In this document: in pieces, positions 41,036-52,818 of the stretch
Layout of the letters: each line of letters starts with the position of its first letter
Position numbering within the stretch: the stretch's first letter is position 1
Assembly: GCA_023436065.1 (NCBI GenBank)
Contig: JAEZKU010000005.1
Location: 12,448-76,447, forward strand
Length of the DNA stretch: 64,000 nt
Direction of reading: 5' to 3'
From: Bacillota bacterium
GTDB taxonomy: Bacteria > Bacillota > Clostridia > Lachnospirales > Lachnospiraceae
Notes under the pieces: model-generated
What the model was told of the DNA's origin: nothing
Seen by the model: the letters and a program-made list of their open reading frames with translations, nothing else
Databases searched by the model: none
Made by a program: the position numbers and the translations under genes

Positions 41036-43327
41036 CTATTTAATGAGCTTCGAGATCAGCTGATCCACGATTCCTTTGTCGATCCCGAAGGAGGAGAAGG
41101 AGCGCAGAGAATGAATTGGCATACTCTTCATCATCTCCAGCATCATTGCCTGACCGGTGGGATCATTATCCGAATCTGAACCCTCCGGGAAGAAGGCACT
41201 CATCATCTGATCAATTACAGCCTGCGGATTATCCGCATAGGCCAGAACATCCGCTAAGGTGGTGCGGTCATCCATCAGGAACGGACGCTCTACGGTACTT
41301 TCCAACAGTACGGTATCGCTTAAAACAATATCTCGCGAGGATTTACCGATCAGAATCTCGAAATCTCCGCCTTCAGCGTACCAATCCTCAAGCTCTGTAT
41401 CATAGAATGCAAAGTCACGCTTACTTAATGTAAATTCGACTATCTTTTCTTCTCCGGGAGCAAGACCGATCTTCTCAAAGCCCTTAAGCTCTTTGACGGG
41501 ACGTATCACGCTGGCTTCCTTATCATGAACATATAGCTGAACAATTTCTTTGCCAAACCGTGTTCCTGTATTCTTTACCTTTACGAATACCTCCAGCTTG
41601 TCCGTGTCCTTAATCAAAAGCTTACCGTCTTTACGGGTAGTTGTAACTCCTGCAACCTTGAGCTTTAAGTCGCTGTACTCGAAGGAGGTATAGCTGAGAC
41701 CATAGCCAAAGGGGAACAGGACCTCCATATCCTTGCTGTCATAATAGCGGTAGCCGATAAATACGCCTTCATGATATTCCACGGTACGATTGGTTCCCGG
41801 GAAATTCAAATAGGAGGGGTTGTCCTGAAGTCTTAAGGGGAAGGATTCGGCGAGTTTACCGCTCGGGTTAACATCTCCATATAACAGATCGATGGTAGCA
41901 TCACCGACAGCCTGGCCGCTCAGATATACTTCGAGAACAGCACGAACCTTATTGATCCAAGGCATTGCTACAGGAGAACCATTATGCAGAACAACGACTG
42001 TATTGGGCTGTACCTTAACAATCTCTTCAATCAGTGTATTCTGACAGTCGGGAAGATTGATATGAGTACGGTCATAGCCCTCACTCTCATAAGCATCCGG
42101 AAGTCCTGCGAAGATCACGGCAATCTGTGCTTCCGCTGCCAGCTTCTTCGCCTTCTCGAGTTCAGAAGCCTCCAGCGTATCCGCATCTAAATCATAACCC
42201 TTAGCATAAGACACATTGCAGCCTCTTGCGCTGGACAGAGCATCGGATATCTTGAAGCAATTAATATGACTGGAGCCACCACCCTGGAAACGGGGCTTCT
42301 CAGCAAATTCACCAATGAAGGCAACCTTGTCAGTCTTTTTCAGGGGCAGGAGCTGATTATCATTCTTTAATAGTACAGCACATTCTCCGGCGATTTTTCT
42401 GGCAATTTCATGATGTGCTTCTTTATCATAGGCTGCATTAGGCTTTTTACCATCATAATATTTCTGTATCAGCTCAAGAACTCGTGTGACAGCTGTATCC
42501 AGCTCCTCCATCGAGATTTGTCCGGCTTTTACAGCATCTACAATAGCCTGATCTGTCGATCCGTCTGAAGCCGGCATCTCAAGATCAAGACCGGCACGCA
42601 GTGCTCTCACTCTGTCATTCATAGCGCCCCAGTCAGTCATGACAAGGCCCTTAAAGCCCCATTCCTCCCTAAGAACCTTATTCAATAACCAGTCGTTTTC
42701 ACAGGAGTAAACTCCATTGATACAGTTATAGGAGCACATGATGGTCCAGGGCTGTGCCTTTTTAACGATTTTTTCAAAGGCGGTGAGATAGATTTCGCGT
42801 AGCGTACGCTCGTCAACCTCAGAGCTGATACTCATTCTTCTGGTTTCCTGATTGTTGGCTGCAAAATGCTTCACACTAGTGCCGACATTTTTACTTTGGA
42901 CGCCATTCACATAGTAAGCAGCCAATTCTCCTGCCACATAAGGGTCCTCAGAGAAATATTCGAAGTTTCTTCCACAAAGAGGAGAACGCTTCATATTTAC
43001 TGCAGGACCAAGAATCGTAGATATTTCCTCAGCCTGGCATTCCTCGCCTAAAGTGGCACCGAGGGTATAGGCAAGCTCCCGGTCGAAGGAACAGGAGAGT
43101 GCACTGGCAGCCGGAAAACATACTGCTTTAATACTGCCAAGCAGACCGACGTGGTCACCTGAATTATCCTGCTTACGTAACCCGTGAGGACCATCACTTA
43201 CCATAACCTCAGGGAGACCTAAGCGCTCTACGGCTTTTGTATGCCAGAAATCCGCTCCGGAACATAACCCGGCCTTTTCCTCGAGGGTCATTTCAGATAA
43301 TAGCTTGTTAATATTGATGGAACTCAT
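41036..43327 (-). CDS. GH3 beta-glucosidase
   Basis: SDGPHG, GRNFEY-SEDP, KHFA, nucleophile TDWG, ESEGYDR. Confidence 0.93.
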   Translation of the reverse strand: MSSININKLLSEMTLEEKAGLCSGADFWHTKAVERLGLPEVMVSDGPHGLRKQDNSGDHVGLLGSIKAVCFPAASALSCSFDRELAYTLGATLGEECQAEEISTILGPAVNMKRSPLCGRNFEYFSEDPYVAGELAAYYVNGVQSKNVGTSVKHFAANNQETRRMSISSEVDERTLREIYLTAFEKIVKKAQPWTIMCSYNCINGVYSCENDWLLNKVLREEWGFKGLVMTDWGAMNDRVRALRAGLDLEMPASDGSTDQAIVDAVKAGQISMEELDTAVTRVLELIQKYYDGKKPNAAYDKEAHHEIARKIAGECAVLLKNDNQLLPLKKTDKVAFIGEFAEKPRFQGGGSSHINCFKISDALSSARGCNVSYAKGYDLDADTLEASELEKAKKLAAEAQIAVIFAGLPDAYESEGYDRTHINLPDCQNTLIEEIVKVQPNTVVVLHNGSPVAMPWINKVRAVLEVYLSGQAVGDATIDLLYGDVNPSGKLAESFPLRLQDNPSYLNFPGTNRTVEYHEGVFIGYRYYDSKDMEVLFPFGYGLSYTSFEYSDLKLKVAGVTTTRKDGKLLIKDTDKLEVFVKVKNTGTRFGKEIVQLYVHDKEASVIRPVKELKGFEKIGLAPGEEKIVEFTLSKRDFAFYDTELEDWYAEGGDFEILIGKSSRDIVLSDTVLLESTVERPFLMDDRTTLADVLAYADNPQAVIDQMMSAFFPEGSDSDNDPTGQAMMLEMMKSMPIHSLRSFSSFGIDKGIVDQLISKLIK

Positions 43328-43477
43328 AAAATCCTCCTTTCAAATCGTACCTATCATATAGCTAACAGGATCATTTTCATTATGCTTCGTAAGGAAAAGC
43401 TTTTGAGAATATGAGGGAGTACGATAGCAATGAGGGATTAACCTTACGATGCAATCGTACTCCTAAGTATTGACGAT

Positions 43478-43598
43478 AGCAAAGGTGTCAAAGCACCGAA
43501 GGTGCTTTTCGAATATTAGTCCTTGCTATGCAAGCTTGCTTGTGATGGCAAGGACTAATGTCCGGAAAAACGTGCGCAGCACTTTTGACACTTTTGCT
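43478..43598 (+). repeat. Dispersed four-way-junction element, family B, copy 1
   Basis: Closing stem plus three hairpins; loops shared with 52819-52961. Confidence 0.8.
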
Positions 43599-43623
43599 TA
43601 TATTATAACAATAAAAAAATATC

Positions 43624-44439
43624 TTAACCTACAGTAGATAAATCCCATTCCTCATAAATCTTGGGAACGTCGCTGATCAAACGCTTTGTGTAATCTGCCT
43701 TCGGATTGAGAATAACATCATCAGCTGTGCCGCGCTCTACAAACTTACCATGCTCCATGATGTATACGGAGTCTGAGATGTAGTAAGCAAGACCGATATC
43801 ATGAGTAATGAAGATGATGGTCATTCCGATTTCATTGCGCAGGTTTAATAACATATCCAAAATCGTAGCACGGGAACATGCATCAATCATGGAGGTTGGC
43901 TCATCTGCAAGAAGTATCTTCGGCTTGAGCAGGAAGATACGTGCAATCATGAGACGCTGCATCTGTCCGCCGGAAAGCTCGAAAGGATACTTATTGGTAA
44001 GCTCTGCAAACTTTAAGTTAACGAAGCTGCAAGCTTCCGTCATCATTTCTATCTTCTTCTCCATCGGGAGGTGTCTGCCACCGCGCATATTGATACAGTC
44101 AAGCAGAACGCGGTCTATCTTATTGAATACATTATAGGAGGAGAAGGGATCCTGAAAAATCGCCTGAATTTCCTTCCAGTATTTCTTCTTTTTGTTTCTG
44201 GTGCTGATATCAAGCGGTTTATCCTGAAAGAAAATCTGTCCTTCCGTTACGCTGATCAGACCGAGGAGCATCTTGCTGATGGTCGTTTTACCACTACCGG
44301 ATTCACCTACGATGGAGACAAGCTCACCCTCGTGAAATTCGAAATCGACATGGTCAACAGCAACGGTTTTCTTATCACCAAAGCCGAATACCTTTGTGAC
44401 GCCCTTCCCGCTTAAACACATGGGTCTTGTATCACTCAT
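43624..44439 (-). CDS. Opp/Dpp-family ABC ATPase (OppF-like, short)
   Basis: [27 protein letters not shown]; the second ATG has better RBS spacing. Confidence 0.9.
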   Translation of the reverse strand: MSDTRPMCLSGKGVTKVFGFGDKKTVAVDHVDFEFHEGELVSIVGESGSGKTTISKMLLGLISVTEGQIFFQDKPLDISTRNKKKKYWKEIQAIFQDPFSSYNVFNKIDRVLLDCINMRGGRHLPMEKKIEMMTEACSFVNLKFAELTNKYPFELSGGQMQRLMIARIFLLKPKILLADEPTSMIDACSRATILDMLLNLRNEIGMTIIFITHDIGLAYYISDSVYIMEHGKFVERGTADDVILNPKADYTKRLISDVPKIYEEWDLSTVG

Positions 44440-45439
44440 TTGCATATTCCTCCTTCAGCTTTTCTACGTCAATAATGCAACGATAGGTGCGTCCGTCTCC
44501 GCAGTCTCTGATACCAACCGCATTTACCTTACAATCGCTGGTTGCATACTTACATCTTTCTGCAAATCTACAGCCTGCCGGAGGCTTCTTTAAGTTCGGA
44601 GGTGTTCCAGGAATAGCAGCAAGCTTCACGTCACGGGTACCTTCCTCCGGTACGATGATAGAGCCCATCAATCCTTTGGAATAAGGATGGATCGGATTGA
44701 ATACCATCTCTTTTGCTGTTCCTTTTTCAACGATCTGTCCGGCATACATAACCATGATATCGTCTGTTACATTATAAAGCAGCGGTAATTCGTGTGTGAT
44801 GAAAATCATGGATTTGATATAGCCCTTTTCCATCAGATTACGAAGCATCTTAATAACCATCTTCTGACTGGTAACGTCGAGAGCACTGGAAGGCTCATCT
44901 GCGATCAGTACCTTAGGTGAAAGGATAGTAGAGATTGCTATAACAGTACGCTGCTTCATACCTCCAGAAAGCTCTACGGCGTGCTTATCAAGTACGGAGG
45001 CCGGTAAACCGAGCTCTTCAAAACGTTTCTTAGCCAGATCGAGAATTTCTTTCTTTGGCATCTTAGGATCATGTACATGAATGACATCTTCAATAAAACG
45101 AATGATCTTTTGTGTAGGATTCAATGCATTCATAGCAGCCTGAGGAATATAAGCAATCTCGGTACCGAGAATATTTTTTCTGATTGTATCAGGGCTTAAC
45201 TTGGAGATGTTTTTTCCGTCAATGATGATGTCACCGCTCATATAATGGAGCGGAGGGAAGTAATATCCCATCAAGCTAAGGGCAAGCGTTGACTTACCAC
45301 AGCCGGACTCACCGGCGATACCCAGTGATTTGCCTTCCTCGATAGCTAAGGATACATGGTCAACGGCATATACATCTTCTCTAAATCTTGTTACATATTT
45401 TGTGGTGAGGTTATTCACCTCAAGCATAATTTTTCCCAT
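44432..45439 (-). CDS. Opp/Dpp-family ABC ATPase (OppD-like)
   Basis: [20 protein letters not shown]-terminal CRF-xRC cysteine cluster. Confidence 0.92.
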   Translation of the reverse strand: MGKIMLEVNNLTTKYVTRFREDVYAVDHVSLAIEEGKSLGIAGESGCGKSTLALSLMGYYFPPLHYMSGDIIIDGKNISKLSPDTIRKNILGTEIAYIPQAAMNALNPTQKIIRFIEDVIHVHDPKMPKKEILDLAKKRFEELGLPASVLDKHAVELSGGMKQRTVIAISTILSPKVLIADEPSSALDVTSQKMVIKMLRNLMEKGYIKSMIFITHELPLLYNVTDDIMVMYAGQIVEKGTAKEMVFNPIHPYSKGLMGSIIVPEEGTRDVKLAAIPGTPPNLKKPPAGCRFAERCKYATSDCKVNAVGIRDCGDGRTYRCIIDVEKLKEEYANE

Positions 45440-45448
45440 AATGTCCTC

Positions 45449-46699
45449 CTAGTCTCTCAAAGTAGGGTTGAACACCTGATCGAGGCCGGTATTCATTAAG
45501 TTCAATGAGAAAGATATCAGTGCAATCATCAGGATTACGGGGAAATATGCCCACCAGGAACCATTCAGATGTGCAGTGTACAGCATGGACCAGTTCATCA
45601 TAAGACCAAGGGTAGGAACTTCTGTGGTCTTAGGTCCGAGACCGATCATGGATAACTGTGCTTCAGCAAGAATTGCGGAGGATATCTGTAAAATCAGTGC
45701 CATAACAACATAAGAAGCTATGTAGGGAAGAATATCCGTTAGGATAATTCTTATCAGGCTATGACCGGAAAGCTTGCTTAAATTAACGTGATCACGGTTT
45801 CGTAAGGAAATAACCTGAGAACGTACAGATCTTGTTGTCCAAACCCAGGAAGTGACTCCGATTACGATAGCAACAGTTGTGGCACCACGCTGCTCCTGTC
45901 CGACGCTGTAAGATATCAGTATCAGCAGAACGAAGGAAGGAATGACGGTAAAGATATTGGTAATGAACATGATAATGTCATCTGCCAGACCGCCAAGATA
46001 TCCGCCTAATAATCCAAGGGTTAATCCGATAAAGGTGGCTACCGCTCCTGCGATCAGACCAATCTTTAAAGAGACTTTGACAGCTGCAACTAATTCCTTC
46101 AGGGTATCTCGTCCGAAGTTATCCGTACCAAGTGGAAGTACCTTTACGTTTGCAACATCCTTGACATTCACATAATCGGTTTTGGCGATGGCTTTTGTCT
46201 CCTCCAATTCGCCAGTTTCGGCATTTGGAGCGGCGAGAACGACCTCATTCTTGGTTTGTAATGCAACCAGGCCATCATTTAATCTCTTGTAATAATTACG
46301 CTGTGCTTTTGTCATACCGGCCGGTTTGGCAGCAGGGTCATATTTCTCACCCCATAGCTGCAAGAGAGCCTCGGTATCATTCATATCGATATCTTCAGCG
46401 GCTATGCCTATTGTAGTCAGATAGGTAACCATGGATACACGATCTTCATCAGTGAGCTTTTCAACAAGGCGCTTATCGTCCGCATCTTTTAGCTTCAGTG
46501 TCTTCGCTTCAGTATCGACTGCATCATAAACTGATACATAGGTACCCGGCTTAAAGAAGGTTCCGAGACCAATCATCTCAAGTGGATCACCGGGACAGAA
46601 CAGCGGGTATATAATGGTTGTCAGAAGTATAGCCATCATAATAGAGAAACCAATCACGAATTTGGGAGAATGGAATACCTGACGTAATGTATTTTTCAT
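45449..46699 (-). CDS. Opp-family ABC permease (OppC-like) with a large extracytoplasmic insert
   Basis: [10 protein letters not shown] motif and NP-LR terminus. Confidence 0.9.
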   Translation of the reverse strand: MKNTLRQVFHSPKFVIGFSIMMAILLTTIIYPLFCPGDPLEMIGLGTFFKPGTYVSVYDAVDTEAKTLKLKDADDKRLVEKLTDEDRVSMVTYLTTIGIAAEDIDMNDTEALLQLWGEKYDPAAKPAGMTKAQRNYYKRLNDGLVALQTKNEVVLAAPNAETGELEETKAIAKTDYVNVKDVANVKVLPLGTDNFGRDTLKELVAAVKVSLKIGLIAGAVATFIGLTLGLLGGYLGGLADDIIMFITNIFTVIPSFVLLILISYSVGQEQRGATTVAIVIGVTSWVWTTRSVRSQVISLRNRDHVNLSKLSGHSLIRIILTDILPYIASYVVMALILQISSAILAEAQLSMIGLGPKTTEVPTLGLMMNWSMLYTAHLNGSWWAYFPVILMIALISFSLNLMNTGLDQVFNPTLRD

Positions 46700-46713
46700 T
46701 TTCTTGTCCTCCC

Positions 46714-47718
46714 TTAATCAAATTGCGCCGCTTTAACACGCGGATCAATAAAGCCATAAATAATATCGATAGCAAAGGTTGCTACCAATACCATTATGGT
46801 AATGATAAGCGTAGTTGCGGATAGCAGCGGATAATCAGCCATGGTAATTCCCTGAAGCATGGTGGATCCGAGACCGGGATAGCTGAAAATAACCTCTGCA
46901 ACCAAAGCACCACCAACCATGGTTCCTAAAGACATGGCAAGACCTGTTACCTGAGGAAGCATGGCGTTACGAAATACATAACCAACGATCTTTCTATCTT
47001 TAATACCGAGAAAACGGCTATATTTTACGTAGTCAGCATTGAGTTCGTAGATTGCCATGGAACGCATTCCGACTGCCTGGCCACCTACTGAGATGATAAC
47101 GATTGACCAAAACGGCAGCTGATAATGTGCGATAACTGACTTGATGAAGGTCCAGCTAAAGTTGGGGATTAAGTCATAACCATAACCGCCGGCAATAGGT
47201 GCAATCTTTAGGTTGATAGCGAAAACTACAAGAAGCATAACTGCCATACCGAAGGCAGGAATACTACTGAAAAACAGGGTAATGGGCATAAGTACCTTAT
47301 CAAATCCTTTGCGAATATAAGCGGCTAATGCGCCTAGAACGTTCCCGAGCAGCCAGCCAACGATAATAGCAGGCATCTGCAGGGCTAGGGTCCAACCGAT
47401 CGCATTTGCTATGATTTCTTTTACCGGGCGGGGATATTGGCTGAAGGATAAGCCGAAGTCGCCTTTCAATGCATTACCAAAATATTTTACGAATTGTACA
47501 TACATCGGTTGGTTTGTACCAAACGCCTTTTGATAGCTTTCATAAATTGCCTTTACCGCAGATGCATCGGAAATACCCTGTGCGGTTCTCGCTGTGATAG
47601 CTGCGACAGGATCTCCCGGCATCATTCGAGGGAGTATGAAATTGAGAAGGACGGCAATGATAAACGTGATAACAAACCACAATATCTTTTTGCCAAAATA
47701 TTTGCGATAACCTTTCAT
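46714..47718 (-). CDS. Opp-family ABC permease (OppB-like)
   Basis: [30 protein letters not shown]. Confidence 0.92.
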   Translation of the reverse strand: MKGYRKYFGKKILWFVITFIIAVLLNFILPRMMPGDPVAAITARTAQGISDASAVKAIYESYQKAFGTNQPMYVQFVKYFGNALKGDFGLSFSQYPRPVKEIIANAIGWTLALQMPAIIVGWLLGNVLGALAAYIRKGFDKVLMPITLFFSSIPAFGMAVMLLVVFAINLKIAPIAGGYGYDLIPNFSWTFIKSVIAHYQLPFWSIVIISVGGQAVGMRSMAIYELNADYVKYSRFLGIKDRKIVGYVFRNAMLPQVTGLAMSLGTMVGGALVAEVIFSYPGLGSTMLQGITMADYPLLSATTLIITIMVLVATFAIDIIYGFIDPRVKAAQFD

Positions 47719-47741
47719 GGATGACCTCCAATAATCTTAAA

Positions 47742-47777
47742 TCAGCCATGTTTCAAGTGCCCCCGAAACATGGCTGA
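47742..47777 (-). other. Stem-loop downstream of the binding-protein gene (likely mRNA stabiliser or partial terminator)
   Basis: 13-bp perfect stem TCAGCCATGTTTC / GAAACATGGCTGA. Confidence 0.6.
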
Positions 47778-47810
47778 ATGTTAGTGTTCAGGTGTTACTG
47801 TTTTATGATC

Positions 47811-49712
47811 TTACTGAACCAATGTGATGTTATAGAGACCAGCGATACCATAACCATCGCAGAGGATCAACGGAGGAATGTTCTTGCCGTCGCCTGATTC
47901 AGGATAGTTGGTCCATACAGACTCGTTCACACAGTGGAACATATTAGGTCTATACATAAGTGAGAAGGAAGGAACTTCTGTTAAGTAAATCTTAACAGCT
48001 TCTGTATAGTACTGCTTAAGCTTAGCAGCATCTGTCTCAGCAGGGATTGCCTGGATCAGCTTATCAGCATCAGCATTGCTGAAGTGGCCCCAGTTACCTG
48101 ACCAGTTACCTTCGATACCGTTGTACTCGGAGCTCATTAACTGACGGATACGATCCCAAGGCTGAGCGGGTGAAGAACTGTTTGTCCACATCATGAAGAT
48201 GTCATATTCACTCTGAGTAGCTGCAGTAACTACTGTCTGATATACAGACCACTCAGGATAATTAGTGGTGATTTCGATACCGATATTCTTACCAGCTGCA
48301 GCAACGATTTCCATAGCTGCCTGCCAATCGGACCAGCCGTTAGGACAGCAGGAGTTGAACTTTAAGTTCTGTCCATTAAGTTCACGGATGCCGTCGCCGT
48401 CTGTATCAACGATACCAGCATCATCTAATACCTTATTAGCACCAGCAATGTCATTGCCAGCCCACTGAAGATCCTTCACTGCATCATGATCAAATGTAGC
48501 CTGCTCACCATCAGTAGGATTCATCATGGAACGAGGAACATCCTTGAAGGAAGGTGACTGACCGGTCATAGCATTCTGGTTGATTGCATCATAGTCAACT
48601 GCCATAGCGATAGCTTTACGAACAGCTACGTTATCAAGACCGGGCTTGGAAAGGTTGAACCAAGCGGTAGGCATGTTAACACAAACACCGTAAGGAGCCT
48701 GATCCATGTAAGTGGAGATCGGAAGACCATCCTTTAACCACAGATCCTGGATATTAGGAATAAACTGCTGGTCAACATCAACTTCGCCAGCCTTGAAAGC
48801 AACTTCTGTTGCTGCGTTATCTGCATAGATTGTATGGCAGATATACTTAGGTGCAGGTAACTTGCCCCACATGGAAGCATCCTGGCCCCAGTAATTCTTA
48901 TCACGGATTAATACAACCTTCTGATCATCAGCATAATACTTGGTGTAAGGACCGGACCAAACAACATCATCACCAGCATCAGCCTTCATCTTATCAGGAT
49001 CGCCACCTGTACGTGCCTCTAATGCCTGGATCCAAGCCTTCTGGATTACATAACACTGACCAAGGTAGGTAGTAACCTGGAAAGGATTGAGGGTCTTGCC
49101 CTGATCATCTAATTTAGCCTTAATAAGTACTGTAGAAGGATCAACTGCTTCAACAGCTTCGATATAAGGTGAGAAACCGCTACCCTGAGCATTTACAAGC
49201 TTAACGTTTGTAGCATAAGTATAAGCAACGTCATCAGCGGTAATCGGAGTACCATCACTCCACTTAGCTGTACTCTTAATCTTTACAGTTACTTCAGTAC
49301 GAGCATCATTCCATACAGGATCTCCGTCTGCAATCAGGGGAGTCAGGGAATTATCAAGCATGTTGTACATGTAAAGAGATTCGAACATAAGAGTACGGGA
49401 ACCGCCACCGGCCTGTGTTACAGCCAAAGCGTTGTTATTGTTGTCGGAAAGGGGATTCCAACCATTTACGGAACCCCACTGAAGACCACCGTAATACAGT
49501 GTCTCAGTTCTAGGTAACTGATTGGGATCAGCATCTGCTGTCTCCTCAGCTGCAGGTGCTTCCGTAGGTGCTACTGTAGCTTCTGCTGCAGGAGCAGTTG
49601 TAGGTGTTGCTGTAGGTTCTGCTTCATTTTTCTTGCCGCAGCCGGTTAAAACGGTTGCGAGTACCATTACTAATACTAGTAAAATGGCCGTAAATCTTTT
49701 ACCTCTTAACAT
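47811..49712 (-). CDS. Family-5 solute-binding lipoprotein, probably for oligosaccharides
   Basis: Lipobox LTGC, Ala/Thr/Pro linker, KWSDG-P-TA-DV, VRKAIA-AVD; co-oriented with GH3. Confidence 0.9.
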   Translation of the reverse strand: MLRGKRFTAILLVLVMVLATVLTGCGKKNEAEPTATPTTAPAAEATVAPTEAPAAEETADADPNQLPRTETLYYGGLQWGSVNGWNPLSDNNNNALAVTQAGGGSRTLMFESLYMYNMLDNSLTPLIADGDPVWNDARTEVTVKIKSTAKWSDGTPITADDVAYTYATNVKLVNAQGSGFSPYIEAVEAVDPSTVLIKAKLDDQGKTLNPFQVTTYLGQCYVIQKAWIQALEARTGGDPDKMKADAGDDVVWSGPYTKYYADDQKVVLIRDKNYWGQDASMWGKLPAPKYICHTIYADNAATEVAFKAGEVDVDQQFIPNIQDLWLKDGLPISTYMDQAPYGVCVNMPTAWFNLSKPGLDNVAVRKAIAMAVDYDAINQNAMTGQSPSFKDVPRSMMNPTDGEQATFDHDAVKDLQWAGNDIAGANKVLDDAGIVDTDGDGIRELNGQNLKFNSCCPNGWSDWQAAMEIVAAAGKNIGIEITTNYPEWSVYQTVVTAATQSEYDIFMMWTNSSSPAQPWDRIRQLMSSEYNGIEGNWSGNWGHFSNADADKLIQAIPAETDAAKLKQYYTEAVKIYLTEVPSFSLMYRPNMFHCVNESVWTNYPESGDGKNIPPLILCDGYGIAGLYNITLVQ

Positions 49713-50207
49713 ATTTACCCTCCTTTAGATTTAGGTCTGTGCCTTAACCTATTACCTTTTTTATATAAACATAGTAAACATTATGCCATGCATAAAAAGT
49801 TTGGTGGCACCCCCACCTTTTGCTGTGCGGTCAGGCAAAGCATATTCACTATGCATATATCGCTCCTCGTAACTGTTATATTATTATGTATAATGGTTTG
49901 AAAATGTTTTTAACTTCTTACTATCATTTTGTACTATGAACCCTCATAAAAAAATCATTTTATTGTTACATTCTAACATCATAAAAAAAAGTTTACCATG
50001 CTTTTCTATAGTTTTTGTGTTATAATATACACATGATTTGGTTGTAGTTAAAAAAGGGTTATAGTTAAAACCTGGTGAAAATCAAAAAATATAGCATATT
50101 TTATTCACTTTTCGTAAAACATTTTAATTTATTTTTAATTGCTACCAGAAAAAACCGTATATTGTTTAGAAAAAAAACAAATTTCCTGAGGGGAGTGGGA
50201 GGTTGTT

Positions 50208-52724
50208 ATGCAGGAAAACATTGAATTTTCAGCGGATATGCCAATAATTATAGGCATTCGCAACATTTCCGAGGAGCCAAGGCATTGGCATAACAGAATT
50301 GAAATATTTTTAGTTTTGAGCGGAGACTTAAGGATTGTAGTAGAGACAGAAACGTATCATCTTACAGAGGATGACATCATCCTGATCAACAGTAATCAAG
50401 TACACGAGATTACCAGTAATGATAATGTAACGGTGGTGCTTCAGATTAATTATGGATATTTTAAGAAATGGATGGACGAGTCTACCTTTTTCCATTGTAA
50501 TTCGACGATATTTCATAATAAGACAAAATATGTGGAACTAAAAAGAATGATTGCACAGCTTGTATATATTAACTATAACGAGACCGAGCATAACGACCTG
50601 CTTACCATATCCCTGGCTTATCAGATTGTTCTGGAACTGGTCAGAAATTTCAAAAGCTTTGAGCATAATCAGTTCAGTCAGAATCCAAAGCACCTGGTAC
50701 GGCTTCGTACCATCATACAGTATCTGAACAGCAATTATATGGAAAATATATCTTTGGAGCAGATTGCCGAAAAGGAGTTTTTATCCCCTTCATACTTTTC
50801 ACACTTTTTTAAGGTTAATATGGGGGTAAGCTTCTTTAACTACCTGACGGGTATCCGTATGAACCATGCTGTGAACGATCTGCTGACAACCAATCTTACC
50901 ATGGAACAGATTGCGGCCAATAACGGCTTCGCAAACTCCCGGTATTTTGTGGATTGCTTTAAGAAGAAATATGGGATGCTTCCGAGGGAGTATCGTAAAG
51001 AGCATAAGCTGGAGTTGAAGGCGCGATCCGCTAATCCCCTCGGTACGGCCTTTTACAAAGGATATCTTGTGATGGAACAGCTGGATTACTTAAATAAGCT
51101 CGGAGAATATCTGGATATGAAGAATATTAAGAAACCGGGCAATATTATGACGAGTGTTCCGTGTAGATCCATCGAAATAAATGCTACATCAAATAAGAAA
51201 AAACTCAAACACTACTTCAAAACCTTCACCGGTGTCGGACGAGCCAAGGAGCTTTTGATGGAGCAGGTACGGACTGAACTTGCCACCTTACAGAAGGAGG
51301 TTGGCTTTCAATATGTCAAATTCCATGGCCTCCTGGATGATTCCATGATGCTTTATAATGAGGATCGTTCGGGAAACCCCTACCTGACCTTTCACTATGT
51401 GGATGAAATACTGGATTTTTTGATGTCAATTAATCTGAAACCTTTGATTCAATTTTCCTTTATGCCAAAGCTGTTAGCAAAGAATCCATCCAATACAATT
51501 TTTTATCATCCTTCCATTCTAAGCGAACCAAATAGCAGAGATAATTGGAGATTCCTGATTACAGGCTTAACCAGACATTTCATTGAACGCTACGGACTGG
51601 AGGAGGTAAGGAGTTGGCTGTTCACCTTCTGGAATGTGCCTTATACCTCCTATTTTTTCGGCTTTGATAATGATGATACGGTTTATGAATTATATAAGAT
51701 AACCTATGACTGTGTGAAAAGGTGTGACAACCGACTGATGTTTGGCGCCCCTTCCTACGGCTCGATTGACTTTACCTTAAGCGAATACTATGATTTTCTG
51801 AAGCGGTGCTTTGACACCGACTGCCCTCCGGACTTCTATAATATTCATTGTTACCCTGTTGAGACCGCCAGTACGATTGAATTGGTTACCTTAGGAAAAA
51901 GTACGGTGAAGAACGAGACGAGTGATAAGATGATATTGTCCGAGGATCCGGATTATCTGGCCTCCACGTTGAATTATGTGAAGGAGAGACTGGCAAAATA
52001 TCCAAAGCTTCCTATTTATATAACAGAATGGGCATCCTCTGCCTCTCATCGAGACTGGTTGAATGATACCTGCTACCGTTCAGCCTATATTGTGAAAAAT
52101 ATTCTTGAAAATTATGATGAGGCCAACAGCTTTGGCAACTGGTGCCTTTCTGACACGCTGGAGGAACTGCCCTATGATAATGAATTGTTCCATGGGGAGC
52201 TCGGCTTGTTTGCCTATCATGGGATCAAGAAACCTGCTTATTATGCGTTTACCTTCCTGAACAAGCTTATGGATATACTCATAGACAGCGGTGAGGGTTA
52301 CTTTATCACTACAAACGGAAGAGGAGATTATGTCATTCTACTGTATAATTATGTCCATATCTCACCGTTGTACAGTCAGGGGGTCCTGTTTAACGTAACC
52401 TTCCTGGAAAGATACAATGCCTTTGTGAACTCCGACCCCTGTGATTTTGAATTTACCCTGAACTATACAGAAAACGGGAAATATATCATGACGGAGCAGA
52501 TCGTGAACCGGGAGCATGGCTCAGCCTTCGATGAATGGGTGCGTATGGGTGCGCTGCCGCTTACTACGAAGGAAGAGATCGATATTCTGAAGGGGCGTTC
52601 CATGCCTTTGGTCAACAAGGCCATGATTACTGTTGAAAATAACAACCTCACCTACTATGCAGAGCTAAAGCCGCATGAGATCAGACTGATTACGATTAAG
52701 AAACAATATGATCAGGAACTGTAA
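50208..52724 (+). CDS. AraC regulator fused to a GH39-like domain
   Basis: Cupin HWH and double HTH in about aa 1-265, then GF-YVKFHGLL-D, FWNVP, ITEW, G-LGL...GIKKPAYY. Confidence 0.88.
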   Translation: MQENIEFSADMPIIIGIRNISEEPRHWHNRIEIFLVLSGDLRIVVETETYHLTEDDIILINSNQVHEITSNDNVTVVLQINYGYFKKWMDESTFFHCNSTIFHNKTKYVELKRMIAQLVYINYNETEHNDLLTISLAYQIVLELVRNFKSFEHNQFSQNPKHLVRLRTIIQYLNSNYMENISLEQIAEKEFLSPSYFSHFFKVNMGVSFFNYLTGIRMNHAVNDLLTTNLTMEQIAANNGFANSRYFVDCFKKKYGMLPREYRKEHKLELKARSANPLGTAFYKGYLVMEQLDYLNKLGEYLDMKNIKKPGNIMTSVPCRSIEINATSNKKKLKHYFKTFTGVGRAKELLMEQVRTELATLQKEVGFQYVKFHGLLDDSMMLYNEDRSGNPYLTFHYVDEILDFLMSINLKPLIQFSFMPKLLAKNPSNTIFYHPSILSEPNSRDNWRFLITGLTRHFIERYGLEEVRSWLFTFWNVPYTSYFFGFDNDDTVYELYKITYDCVKRCDNRLMFGAPSYGSIDFTLSEYYDFLKRCFDTDCPPDFYNIHCYPVETASTIELVTLGKSTVKNETSDKMILSEDPDYLASTLNYVKERLAKYPKLPIYITEWASSASHRDWLNDTCYRSAYIVKNILENYDEANSFGNWCLSDTLEELPYDNELFHGELGLFAYHGIKKPAYYAFTFLNKLMDILIDSGEGYFITTNGRGDYVILLYNYVHISPLYSQGVLFNVTFLERYNAFVNSDPCDFEFTLNYTENGKYIMTEQIVNREHGSAFDEWVRMGALPLTTKEEIDILKGRSMPLVNKAMITVENNNLTYYAELKPHEIRLITIKKQYDQEL

Positions 52725-52740
52725 AGTAGAGCAGCTACAT

Positions 52741-52776
52741 AAGGCAGGGAAAAAGGAGTTGCTTTTTCCCTGCTTT
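52741..52776 (+). terminator. Intrinsic terminator
   Basis: AAGGCAGGGAAAAAG-GAGTTG-CTTTTTCCCTGCTTT. Confidence 0.7.
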
Positions 52777-52818
52777 GTATTATTATAGGTAATAAGGCAA
52801 CAATTTGGATAGATTACT

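Noticed and set aside
49899..49913. cre-like TGAAAATGTTTTTA site upstream of the ABC operon
   Set aside because: It lacks the central CG of CcpA/LacI operators and lies in very AT-rich DNA.
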